From positions 152,458,001 to 152,522,000 of the forward strand of contig NC_042998.1 of assembly GCF_006345805.1 (NCBI RefSeq): a stretch of DNA of 64,000 bases. The letters run 5' to 3'. The DNA is from Octopus sinensis. Lineage: Eukaryota. Shown here piece after piece: positions 29,112 to 42,440 of the stretch (position 1 is its first letter; every line of letters begins with the position of its first letter). The position numbers were made by a program, and so were the translations under genes. The notes beneath the pieces were generated by a model. That model saw nothing but the letters and a program-made list of their open reading frames with translations, made no database searches and was not told where the DNA came from.

Positions 29112-30944
29112 ATACTACTATGATAATTTAAAATTATGTATTAAGAAAATGCTAAAAGAGTTTATAAGAAATTATTAAGAATTATAAGGCCATAACTAGA
29201 GAGAATGAAGCAAAGATATCACATAAGGCTATAAGCAAACTAAATGATAGTGTTTCCTCTTTTTCTGTAAATAGAACACCATCAAATTCTACACTGATAA
29301 CAAAGTAAAAAAAGTCTAAAGGCGATAAAAGAATATTTCTTAAAACTTCATTAGTTCTAATTCCAGCAATTAAATTGCATCCAAATCCCTAAAGAGCTAT
29401 AACATGAAGAAATCTCAAAAATCGGTGATTTCAGGTACAAGTAATTATGAGAGACAAACAGGAAAAAACGTAACCTAGTTATTAATAGATCAGATTAAGT
29501 AAGGATCAAATGCCTGTGTTCTATCCGTAGAACTTATACTTTAAACCACTTCTATAAAGTCTTCCCTGAGTGCTAGATACATATTTATAACCCTAAAATA
29601 TAGACCTTAATCACTAGTAATAAGATTCAAGGATGATATTTCGGTAGCTTTGCGTACTTTAGTATGTTAATATGTATAACTGATTGCATTTAAGCTACTT
29701 TGTTCTCATGACACATACCAGGGACTAATTTTTTATTGTTCATATTTTATGTTTGTTTTTTTTTAATTTTTAACATTCACTTTTTCTTTTTCTATTACTT
29801 CTCCTCTTTCAATTCGTAACTTTATTACAGCCATGTAACTGATCAATTTACATTTAGATATTTCACTAACATAAATTTATTTACTGATGATTGCCTAAAC
29901 TATTTTCGTTAGTTTAGTTTATACATCTATCTGTTTATGCCAAAATCGTCTTCCTGTCAATATGTTGTCCATTTTCTCTATTCGATATATCCTATTCTGT
30001 TTCTATTTAAGTATTCATAAGTTATGATTGTCGGCATTGCGATTATGATTATCGATATATATATTATTTCCTTGTCCTTTTCCTTCCTCTCCTTCTTTTC
30101 CCTCCCTTTTCTCTGAAATTTCGTGGATACCTTGGCTATCTCTGCGTTTCTTTTCTTAAATTATTTTCCCTTGAATCATGATTCAATGAATTGCACTTAA
30201 TTAAAGTTTATATCTTATTAGTTCTTCAATAATTAATCGGAGCACTTTAATTAAGTAAATGAATAAGTAACGCAATTAGGTAAATGAATAAGTAACGCTT
30301 GAATTTAACAATGTCATTCCATAATGTACAAAACAATATAATACTGTTAATGAGATTTTTTAGAACAACTCGGCAACTGTTTTAAAACATGTTCTGATAG
30401 GGTCGAATATCATGCTTGGTGCTCGCTATCCGCTGGTGTACATGTCTAGTCTAAAACGCCAATACCAGCCTTAATGAGCGGTTACTAAATTTAAGGACAT
30501 CATTGGAATAGAAATGCTTCTAACTATTCTTTACTGATTAGAAATTATACTTGTTGCTGATTTAGTGATTAATAAACATGTCGTTGCTCACTTGTTTATT
30601 TGGTAAGTTAATGAGTTGAGAGTTGCGTAACGTATTACATAATCTTATGGATGTTGTGCATACTGCATACTTAACTATACCATGTTTATATCACATTATA
30701 AACGGTTTCTCAAATAAAATTGCACTTCCTTTTTGAAGTTGCGATGACAAGCACTCTACTATGAATGTATTGCATCCTATAGCTGAAACAACTATAAGCT
30801 AATGAAGTCCATGACGTAATGTCTTATTCCCTTGCTATTTTAATTTCTTATTACTGTTCTGTATCCGACTGATGCTTTGCTCTGAAGCATACTGAGTTCC
30901 AACATCAGGTAGGTTATTCGTATCGGTAAGCCTAAGAGAAATAA

Positions 30945-32475
30945 TATATATGAAAAGAGGAAAACTAGTTAAGAGTAGCAACATCACACTAGATAAAACC
31001 AATGAAATAAGAGAATTAGACCAAAGCCAAACATACAAATATTTAGGAATCCATGAAGTCGATATCATACTTCACACACAAATGAAAGAGAAAATAAAGA
31101 AATAATACGATAGACTAGTTAGATAAATACTAAAAACAGAGCTCAATGCTAAAAACAAGATAATAGGTATAAACACTTTAGCCGCCCCAGTTATAAGTTA
31201 CAGTTACAATATCCTTAACTGGACACTAAATGAACTAACCAAAATAGATAGAAAAACAAGAAAAATAATGACAGGATCTAGGATGCACCACCCAGAATCT
31301 GACATAGAAAGGCTATATATGCAACGTATAGAAGGTGGTAGAGGCTTTATACAGCTGGGAAACTATTATAAAATAACCACCATAGGACTGCAAAAATACC
31401 TACTTCAGAAGCAAGGAACACTGAGACAAATAGCCGCAAAACACGAGAAAAAAAAACTGTTCTCAGTATTTAAGGAAGCTGACAAATACAAACAAGAAAT
31501 CATACTACCTAACAAATATGAAGAAGAAGAAGAAGAAGAAACAATAAAAGCTATAAGACAATTGAAAACCAAAACTAAAACTAGAACAGCAATGGACCAT
31601 GATAAAACGATGGCAAGAAAAGCCCCTTCATGGCAAATACTAGATTAAACTAAATGCAAAAGAAATAGACAGAGAAAAATCCCAACAATGGTTGAGAAGC
31701 TCAGGACTCAAAGCAGAGACGGAGGGATTTTTAATTGCAGCACAAGACCAAAACCTCCCCACCAGAAATTACCAAAAGCATATAATGAAAAGAAACATAA
31801 CAAGTAACTGCAGAATATGTGGAGATGGACAAGAAACAATAAGTCATATCATCTCTGACGGCCCATTCCTGGCTAAGAAGGAATATACTCAGAGACACGA
31901 CAGAGTTGGGACCTACATACACTGGAAGCTATACCAACACTATGGAATAACAGAAGAAAAAAGATGGTATAGGCACACGCCAGAAAAGATCATAGAAAAC
32001 GAGAAAGCAACCATACTTTGGGATATGCCAATACACACAGATAGAGAAATTAAGGCCAATAGGCCAGATATAGTTGTCAGAGATCATGAAGAAAAAAATT
32101 TTTTTTAATTGATGTATCAATATCAGCAGATGACAACGTTTCTCTAAAAGAAATGAAGAAACTTTCAAAATACAAAGACCTGGAAATAGAGATAAGTCGA
32201 ATGTGGAATCTAAAAACAGAAACAATTCCTATCATAGTAGGCGCATTAGATATGATAAAAAAATATTCAGACAAATCCATAACAAAAACATCAGGACCTA
32301 CAAATATATACAACATACAGAAAATTGCATTACTGGGCACTGCACACATCCTCCGCAAAACACTTTCAATACAGTAACCATTAGAGCATCACAACAAACC
32401 ATAGCACATACCCAAGACACACAGAGCTGCGCTCGGTAGTGAAGTGAAAGCACGATATAAAAATAAAACTACTGA
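30945..32475 (+). mobile_element. R4/Dong-like RLE non-LTR retrotransposon, 5'-truncated
   Basis: YKYLG; RLY..R.EGGRG; LKAETEGFLIAAQDQ; CRICG..QETISH knuckle; RHDRV; RPDIV...LIDVS; KLSKY; followed directly by (TAA)n. Confidence 0.88.
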
Positions 32476-32483
32476 ATAATAAC

Positions 32484-32520
<37 letters not shown>
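32476..32520. repeat. (TAA)n
   Basis: Direct inspection. Confidence 0.95.
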
Positions 32521-32626
32521 GTTGTTGTTAGACACAACGATTATACAGTTCTATATTTAAGAGATGAGGAATTATGTACATTATTTACAATTGACGAATA
32601 TTTGTCCTCATTTTGTTTGTTGTTAG

Positions 32627-32670
32627 CACAACGTTTCGGCTGATATACCCTGTAGCCTTCATCAGGTATC
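32627..32670 (-). ncRNA. Hammerhead-ribozyme-like motif in a PLE pLTR fragment
   Basis: CTGATGA-A-GGCT[acagggtatatc]AGCC-GAAACGTT, with palindromic ACGT helix III; helix I is weak. Confidence 0.55.
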
Positions 32671-32785
32671 TTGGGGAAATTTCGAACCTGAGTTCTCATT
32701 CCTAAGGTATTTTTCGATGTTGTTGTTGTTGTTGTTGTTATTATTATTATTATTATTATCATTATTATCATTACTATTATTATTC

Positions 32786-33843
32786 TATGTTTGACTTTTG
32801 CTTTACATATGTACAAGTTGGCTCCAAGTCTCACCCAGAGACCTCAAGAGACAACAAGTTGGAAGTTCGTGTTCTTGTTATGCTTAGTGTACCATATATT
32901 TGGTTTTGTAATTAGTGTTGTACTAGTGAATGTCTAAAAATAAAAAGTTTTAAAACTTGAGATTACATAGAAAGTATTTTGCATAGGATATGAGCAGTTC
33001 CCATGAGCACTATCTTTTGAATTTCTGCCATTTTGGGGTTTCCTGGTATCTGAGTTAGGTAGCAATCAGCCCCTTTTGCTATCATTCCCAGGGCACCTAT
33101 AACAACAGGTATTGTTTTAGTCTTCAGGTTCCACATTTTGCTGATTTCTATTTCAAGATCTTTATATTTGCTGTTTTTGGTAGGTCTTGACAGATACGTT
33201 TATATCGATTGGGACAGTCATATCAATGAGAAGGTATGTCCTTTGAAGTATTTCAATATGATGTCTGGCCTATTTGCATCTATCTTTCTGTCAGTTTGAA
33301 TGGGGAAGTTCCAGAGGAGTGAGATGTGGTCATTTTCAAGCACTGGAGGTGGGCTTGTATTCCCACCAGTTTTTATCATGGGGCAAGTCCAGGCTTTTGC
33401 AGATTACCCAGTGAATATATTGTACAGCTCTATCATGCCTGTTAAGATACTCTGTATGCCCAAGAAGACCGCATATGGAGACAACATGATCAATGGTTTC
33501 ATTTTGTTGTTGACATACACGACATGTAGGGCTACTGCCGTTCTTTGATATGTTGGCCTGGTAGTTCCTTGTTGGTAGGCATTGATCTTGAGCTACTATG
33601 ATAAACCCTTCGGTTTCAGATTTTAAGCAAGAGGCCATTAGCCATTGATGGGCAGGGCTTTGTCAACATCTGCATTATTCGCTCTCTTTGGGTATTTACC
33701 ATAGGGAGGTTTTTCTTGCCATTTATCCGTAAGAATATCTAAGGCAGCAGTTTTAGCACGGGTTTTCATGCGTTTAGCTTTTTCTGTGCTTGTTTCTTGT
33801 ATGTCTAATTCCGAAATTTGTTGTATTCGGAATTCACTTAGAA
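32786..33843 (-). mobile_element. Second R4/Dong-like fragment (different subfamily), 3' end at (TAA)n
   Basis: LKSETEGFIIVAQDQ, CRVCQQQNETIDH, RHDR, PDI, KYKDL, EIQKIVLMGTAH. Confidence 0.82.
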
Positions 33844-35151
33844 AAAATACAAAGCCCAGCATCATCACCGGATCATTCTACACATCTGTGTAATTTTTCG
33901 CGCAATTCCACCCAGCCGTTTGACCGTGAATCCCAAGACAAGAAAGAATGGCCCATGTCAAATTTATATGTATAGATTAGCAAACTTTTTTCTTTTATAC
34001 AAATTTCATACTTGACGAACAATGACCAACTTAAGTCTGTACTGCAGCAACTACATATTGCTCTGTATGCAAATATGCATCCTAGGGTATGTATGAACAC
34101 ACACACACACACAAACATATGTATGTATTTATGTATATATTTACGTATTATGTAAGCGTCTGTGTTAATATTAGTGTGAGACGAGAACCATTAGTACACT
34201 CATATACCAAATTTTCCCATGATGGTTTCACCATCATAGGCTGCTTATGTCATACCATCTGCAACGTTGTACCTACTAAATGACACTTTACATATAAACT
34301 TTCACCTCCGTAACACGGACCATACCTTCAAATCCACCACTGTATTTCTATGTAAACATAATGTGAATTTCTATGTAAACATAATGCGAACTACTGCTTA
34401 AATTCACCCTTCCTGAAAAAGCTCTTCCTGAGAACGATTATATTCACCTGCCCACAATTGGACGAAATAACATGGATCTTGGAATGCATCACGGGAAGTC
34501 TCTAGCTTATTCCCTTTCCTATACCCAAATAATTTTACTAAGCTGTGCTTCAGTAACATTCTCATGTTTGCTCCTATTCCTTTTCTGCCGTTTTGAAAAG
34601 TCAAACACACTGTACCTATTATTAACTGTCTAATATGTATTAACCCTCTCAACCACTTAGACCCTCTGAAGAAGCCTAGAGGCACATTCATTATCCAAAC
34701 TTTATCTGCCCGTCCTTACAGAACACTGAGGAGATGGAGATGGCATGGCGGATTTCGTTTCCACTTGGCAGAAACGGCCGTAAGGAACTTAGTACCTTCT
34801 GACAAGCTAATCTTTTGCTCCTTTCTGCTCTTTTCTGTAATATTAGTACATGTGTGTGTAACACATAGTTATTACATGTGTCTGTATTCTTCTAATACTA
34901 TCTAATACTTTGGAATAAATAGACATACTAGAATGTCTGCCAGCTGATGTATGTCATTTTTGTAGCCTCTCCATTGTCTTATTTGCCGTATAAATTAAGG
35001 GTAAACCATTTTTACCCCCGCCCATATAACACTCAATTGCGAGATTGCCAAGCAATAACCAGCACTTGGATATGAATAATTGGGCACACTACCAGCAGTA
35101 TATTTGATAGATACCATTCCTTAGTTGGTTGGTTTCACACAACTCAAACAG

Positions 35152-35193
<42 letters not shown>

Positions 35194-35261
35194 ATAAAAA
35201 TAGTAAGACAACAAAAGAATGAAAGAGACCTCGATATTATGTAAATAGAGGAATTTATCTG

Positions 35262-35524
35262 TAGATGTAATATGTGGCAATTATTCGGTAGCCATGATAA
35301 AACTCCGAGTTTCGGATGCCGAGGTGGAAATCCACGCTACCATCTCTTCAGTTATCCGACCATCGGAAAAATACTAGGTAAAATGACATATACACAAGTA
35401 ACGGTTTTTCATAGTATTTTTCCGATGACCGGATAACTGAAAAGACGGCGGCGTGGATTTCCACCTCGGCATCTGAAACTCGGAGTTTTATCATGGCTAC
35501 CGAATAATTGTCACCATATTACAT

Positions 35525-35527
<3 letters not shown>
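35262..35527. repeat. Foldback element (arms 35262-35376 / 35412-35527) with outward-pointing HHR-like motifs
   Basis: Arms ~115 bp and roughly 90% complementary; GATAA-CTGAAGA...GAAACTCGGAGTT-TTATC on the minus strand (35296-35356), mutated CTGAAAA copy on the plus strand (35432-35492). Confidence 0.85.
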
Positions 35528-35840
<313 letters not shown>

Positions 35841-35921
35841 GGACATGATGTACAGGTATTTTATATTAGAAGAAATGAGGTACTCAGAAATTCGGATGGT
35901 TTTATATTTACAGATATTTAT

Positions 35922-37586
35922 TTGTATATTACATGTTTTTATACATCATATATCATATATAATATATATTAGCGCTTTCGTCCATTCTAATGGAGTTTTC
36001 AAATGGAACTAAGTTCTTGGGGAAAATTTTCCCCTTTTTATAGTGTTATTGAGTGTGTAGTGGTGGGGAGGGATATAAGATAGTACAAGAGGGTGATGAA
36101 TGAGGAGAAAGTGAGAGAGAGCATGTGTGTGTGTGTGTCTGTGTATGTGTATGTGTGTATGTGTCTGTGTTTTTTATCTGAAAGGAGTGTTAGGAAAAAG
36201 TGTTAGGAAAAAGAAGGAAAGGAAGAAAAGGGAGAGAAAGAAGAAAATGTCACTTCTCAAAAGTGTAAAATGTCAATTCTCAAACCACCCAATTAATACT
36301 CGAAGAAAATACATCCTCATTCAACAGATAAAGGGCACGGCTATGGGTACAAAATTCGCACCTTCATATGCTAACCTGGTGATGGGTTTCCTTGAGAACA
36401 AACTATACGATGAAATAGGGAAAGTCTTCGAACACGACTTCAGAGAAGACATCAAGAAAAGTGGAAACGCTACCTCGATGACTGCTTCATCTTTTGGAAC
36501 AGATCAGAAGACCTACGAACATTCCACAACATCCTCAACACACTGCACCCATCTATCAACTTCACAATAGATACCAGCCACAACGAACTTCCCTTCCTAG
36601 ACTTCAACATCTCGATACACATCTCCATCATCACAACAGAGATCCACTACAAAAAAACCGACACACATCAATATTTAAATTTCTACTCCTGCCACCCATC
36701 CCACATAAAAAGAAACATCCCATATAGTATGGCAAGACGCATATGCAGCATAGTAACTGACTCACAAACATGCCTAATGAGACTAGATGAACTTTAAAAC
36801 TTCCTACTAGAACAAATATACCCCCTTAAACTAATAAAAAATGGAATCTCAAGAGCAATGAAACTGGACATCACACAACTCAGGACCCCCAAAACAAAAA
36901 ACAAAGAAAACATTATCCCTTTCATAAACACACACAACCCTGGAGTTACCAACATGTTTCAAATCATACATTCAAACCTACCAATAGTCTTACAAAGCCC
37001 CAAAATGGAAAACATACTAAACAAATATTGTATAAAAAACAGTAGACGACAAGACAAAAACCTGAAGAAACAACTAACAAGAGCGAAATTCTCATCAGAA
37101 ACTAAAACTGAATTATTTGTAAAAGAGTGCGGAGATGGTAGATGTGGGATCTGCAGTAACCCCACATACAAATACATAGAGGGAGACAAAGAAATGAAAT
37201 TTAAAAGTGGTCACATATTCAAAGTAAATGCAGATATGAACTGCAAGACGCAGAACGTAATATACTGCATAACCTGCCCCACATGCAAGGAGGATTATAT
37301 AGGTGAAACTGGAAATTCTTTATGCCAACGAGCCAGAATTCACCAACAACATGTCCGACAGGAGGAACTGCGCAAGATCCCACTGAGTAAACACCTAGAT
37401 ACATGTGGAGAAGGAACATTTAAGATCTTTCCTTTCTACAAATGTCCAAAGAATGACACCTTCTTCAGGAGGAATATGGAAAAATGCTTCATAACTAAGT
37501 TCTCCCCCAAATTGAATGGCTGAAAATATTTCTATAAGTTGTACTAGATGAAGGACCAAATTTGTAAAGTAAATTGTATTAAACAC

Positions 37587-37617
<31 letters not shown>

Positions 37618-38187
37618 AACACACACACAATACTACACATATGTACATATACATAAATGAAAACAATCTCTAATCCAGATTCTCCCTCCCATGTAAGCAC
37701 AGGAATCAAACATTGGATTGAAAGAACTGAATAGTGGTATAAATATCAACACAATTATTTCTTCTTCCTCTTTTTCTTCTTTCTTCCCTTCTCCGACACC
37801 CCTTCCAAATTCACAGGCACCCACACACAAAACAATAATAAAAAGAAATCCAGACAATCTTTTAAGAAGTGACATTTTACACCCCTTTGAAGTGGCCAAT
37901 TTCTAAATACCAAAAATCATTTACAGTTGCAAAAATATAAACACTTTTTTAACACTTCTTTCAGATATGCAGGCACCCACGCACATACACACACACTCTC
38001 TCACAAAACAATGATAAAAAGGAAATCGAGACAATTTTTTGAAAAGTGACATTTTGGCCCCCAGCTGGCTTGACCATTGCTAAAAGCCAATGACTGATTA
38101 TTTTTTAACAACTTGAGCATATCTCCTTAACACCTCTTTCAGATACAGAAACACAAACACACACACATACATACACACACACACACA

Positions 38188-38276
<89 letters not shown>

Positions 38277-38735
38277 GACAATGATAAAAAGGAAATACAA
38301 ACAATTTATTAAAAAGTGACATTTTGCCCCCCTTGGAGAAAACAGCTGGATTTACAATCACTGTAAGCCAAGAATTATTATTGACAAACACCTGCAAGGT
38401 TATCAATAAAATTTCTCCCCTTCTTCCTCCTTTCCTTCTTTTTCTTTAATACTCCTTTCAGATACAAACACACACACTCACATTCACACACACACACACA
38501 CACGAACTCGCACACGCACGCACACACATATATACTCATGCTCTCTCTCTCACTTTCTCCCCATTCATCACCCTCTTGTACTATCTTATATCCCTCCCCA
38601 CCATTACATACTCAATAACACTATAAAATGGTCAAATTTTCCCTAAGAACTTAGTTCAATTTGAAAACTCCACTAGAATGAACGAAAGCGCTAATATATG
38701 ATATATGGTATATGATGTATAAAAGCATGTAATAT

Positions 38736-38739
<4 letters not shown>
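35922..38739 (+). mobile_element. Penelope-like element, 5'-truncated, bounded by ~320-bp inverted repeats
   Basis: RT motifs QIKGTAMGTKFAPSYANL and RYLDDCF-like; GIY-YIG NVIYCITC..C..DYIGETG; 35922-~36240 is the reverse complement of ~38415-38739. Confidence 0.88.
36858..37523 (+). CDS. PLE linker plus GIY-YIG endonuclease (open segment of a frameshifted ORF)
   Basis: CGDGRCGIC linker; VIYCITC, YIGETG, RARIH, E..FI.KF.P.LN. Confidence 0.8.
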   Translation: MKLDITQLRTPKTKNKENIIPFINTHNPGVTNMFQIIHSNLPIVLQSPKMENILNKYCIKNSRRQDKNLKKQLTRAKFSSETKTELFVKECGDGRCGICSNPTYKYIEGDKEMKFKSGHIFKVNADMNCKTQNVIYCITCPTCKEDYIGETGNSLCQRARIHQQHVRQEELRKIPLSKHLDTCGEGTFKIFPFYKCPKNDTFFRRNMEKCFITKFSPKLNG

Positions 38740-39246
<507 letters not shown>

Positions 39247-39859
39247 AAAGAAATAATTAAAGAAAATTACTGAAGATTGCAACTAGGTGACGTATAATAA
39301 ATTTCTTAAGTGATTAAATACTTCATTGACATTTCGATCAATCATAGGTTATAATGTAAATTAAGAGTAATGTTTTTGGTTTCTAGCTAACGTAGTCGTA
39401 TCGAAATATCGTTTAAGCTAACGGCTACTTTTGTTTATATAAATTTGTATATACATATACACAAGTAACGGTTTTTTAAATGCATTGAATGCAAAAACGT
39501 ACAAATCTGAGTCTATCAATGATCAACCAACATATTGGAATGTAGCTCCTGATAAAATGTCCAAGTAGCTGTATTTAATATAAAACTTTAATTTAATTTA
39601 ATTTCTCATATGGAAACAATTGTAGGTGCTATGAGTTTGTTATTGTTTGGAATTGAAAATACTCTAATAAATTGTTGTCTATATCTCAATTTCTCCGTTT
39701 TCTTTTCCTCCTACATACACAATAATATACGCATATCCATCAATGCGAAGCTAGCATCTTTGGTTTTTCGCTGATACACTGGATAAAACCGGGGAAGTTG
39801 AATGCTGACATCCCTTTAAGAGAATTTTATATCCTTGATTTAATTATATATATATAATT

Positions 39860-40419
39860 AATCAAAGAACATACTAAGTATATCTACCTGCTGGAAATAA
39901 CAGTCAAAACTCTTATTTACATCGCCAAAGTACACTGATAATAACTACAGAAATCAACCATCTGAAGGCAAATGGGCTAAGACAATCTCTCAGCATGCAT
40001 TCAAGTATTTGGACTCATGTGGGTCGGTTACAGCCTCATCTTCCCCAGCACGCGTTGCCATGATTGAGACCCCCAACTCGTCACGTTGAAGTCTCCACTG
40101 CAACTGATTCGTTTTGCACCGAATTATGGCAGCCACCAGTGTGAAAATGGTTTCAATTCAAGGGAAAAATATTTGCGCAGACTTCAACGTGACGTGTTGG
40201 GGCTCTCCAACGCGTGCTGAAGAAGGTAAAACTGTAATACTTGTCAAGAAACCGGTCCAAATGAGTCCAAATACTTGAATGTATGCTGAGAGATTCTCTT
40301 AGCCCGTTTGCCTTCATGCGGTTGATTTCTGAAGTTATTATCAGTGTACTTTGGCGATTTAGATAAGAGTTTTGACTGTTATTTCCAAAAGGTAGATATA
40401 CTTAGTATGTCCTTTGATT
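39860..40419. repeat. 560-bp foldback element (159-bp outer arms plus inner arms) with an HHR-like motif
   Basis: Arms 39860-40018 / 40261-40419 and ~40040-40094 / 40179-40225; CTGAAGA...GAAACCGGTC at 40217-40257. Confidence 0.8.
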
Positions 40420-40469
40420 GATTTTAATCCTTCAGCTATTCAATGCTTTTTGGGGGCCTGCAATTGTGT

Positions 40470-40562
40470 GGAGGCGCATGGCTCAGTGGTCAGAGCGTAG
40501 ATCTTACGACCGTGAGGTTGTGAGTTCGAATCCCGGACCAAGCTGCGTGTTATGTTCTTGAG
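40470..40562 (+). mobile_element. Truncated tRNA-derived SINE head
   Basis: A box TGGCTCAGTGG, B box GAGTTCGAATCC; same head family as the SINE at 48928. Confidence 0.75.
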
Positions 40563-40613
<51 letters not shown>

Positions 40614-40909
40614 GCACGCGCACGCACGCACACTCACACAATTTACAAAAGCGCTACTAATAGTTTCATGCTTTAGAGATACATTAAATTGACAGATTTA
40701 TATAACATGCCATGTATCTCCAAGCAATCTTTCAGGCTCAGTGCATATCATTAGATGTATTTAAAAACCAGGACGCTGGTCTATGAGAAAACATAAGAAA
40801 AAACGAGAAGAAGAAACGCGAAGATGATGCTATAAGTGGAACTAGAAGAAGGAAACGGGCCGTTCTCCAATGGAAATAGAGGAATGGAGGTTTTGAAGTG
40901 TCTCTTGCA

Positions 40910-41540
40910 TGATGTTCTCCAGAAATAATGACAACCAAAACACAGCAACCAACATCATGCTAAACGGAGAAAGACTTGATGAATTGGACACTTTCAAGTA
41001 CCTAGGATCCATTTTGACCAAGGATGGCAGATCTCAAAAGGAGATAACAACAAGACTCAGTTCAACCTCTGCTACTATGACGAAACTGAACATCATATGG
41101 AAAAGCAATTCCATTAGTTTTCCAACAAGACAGGGTTTATATGTCCCTGGTGACTTCTGTCTCTCTATAAAGGATGTGGGAGCTGGATTGTTACGCTGAC
41201 AAGGAACGAAAAATCTAGGCATATGAGCATAAGTACTTCAGAAGGTTGCTACACATCCCGTAGACAGAGCACAAAGCGAACAGCTTTTTCAGGCGGCAAG
41301 TCAACAAATATGCTGGTAGGCGGAAACCATTCCTTGCACAAGTAAAAAAGCGAAAGCCCGCTTGGTACTGTCATGTATCTCGCCGCAACTCCTTGTTCAA
41401 AACCATTCATCAGGGCACAGTTGAGGGAAGGCGAAAGAAAAGCAAAGAACAGAGAACAGAGACCAGTGACGACGACTATGAAAGCGTCAAGAGTGTCCCT
41501 CTCACCTCAACGACTGACTGCATCAGTTAAAGAATCTTGA
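40910..41540 (+). mobile_element. RTE-clade LINE 3' fragment, decayed
   Basis: LNGERLDELDTFKYLGSILTKDGRSQKEITTRL...KLNIIWKS. Confidence 0.75.
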
Positions 41541-42440
41541 AGATGATATATATACTAGAGTACCTGAGTTGTCAATAATGATAGTTATTGTTGAAAAAGT
41601 TAGCCGATGAAAATTGATAATTAGAGGATGAGAAAGTAAATAAAAATGCCAAAATAACAAGAAACGAAAAAAATTATATTTATCACACACAAAATACTAT
41701 ATAAGTATGATTCACTGCACAGGTTCGTGAAGAACAACTTTTCTTGTGTATACATGAGGAGGCACTAACACATCTTGGCCTTCTAAATTTTCGATCTGTA
41801 ATTTCAAAGTATTCCTATCTCTCAGGTCATTTCACAGCGCAGGGTACAGATACTGTATTTAGACCGCACACAAAAGTAACATCAAAATTTCTTATGACTG
41901 TTGTAATGACGGGCGAAGAATCTGAATTTATTGTCCACAGATAATGGATTTTATACATTTTTTGAAGGTTAATAAATGTTTCGGATAAGTATTGGAGGGA
42001 TTTAGTTCCATTTTTCAGTTGTACTAATCTACCGATCCATAGTCGGATCCTGAAAAAATGGAAAACAGTCACCCTCCTTTATCCTTCTCAGAGCCACAAT
42101 GAACTGATTGCCAGCAGAAAGGAATTTGATCAACATGGTCTTATTTCAAAATTAGGTAAATCTATTTTAAGTAAATATATGAACAGTATAAAACAGGCAA
42201 GGGGAATAGCAGTAGCAATAAAAATCAAAGAATAGTAGGTCAATGAAAAGGAATGAAATTTGATACTTTGGGACTGCCACAGAGAACCGGAACAATTTAT
42301 TGAAGTTTACTACTAGATATTTGAAATGTTAGCAGAAATGAAGTACTAATAAATTATTCAAAAACCAATTGACAGATTGAAGACACGCAAATAATAAATT
42401 GCAGAAAGAACAAATAACCATTCACTATATATTAAGATAA

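Noticed and set aside
24185-29460. Gypsy flanks (24185-24357 and 29112-29460) as a GPCR or NUMT remnant
   Set aside because: Many stop codons and no diagnostic motif; at most a faint PLE N-terminal resemblance (FPKF).
33850-34090. Short unique ORF-like segment
   Set aside because: No recognisable domain or convincing splice context.
40470-40545. tRNA gene
   Set aside because: No proper acceptor stem or terminator; continues into SINE body sequence shared with the SINE at 48928.
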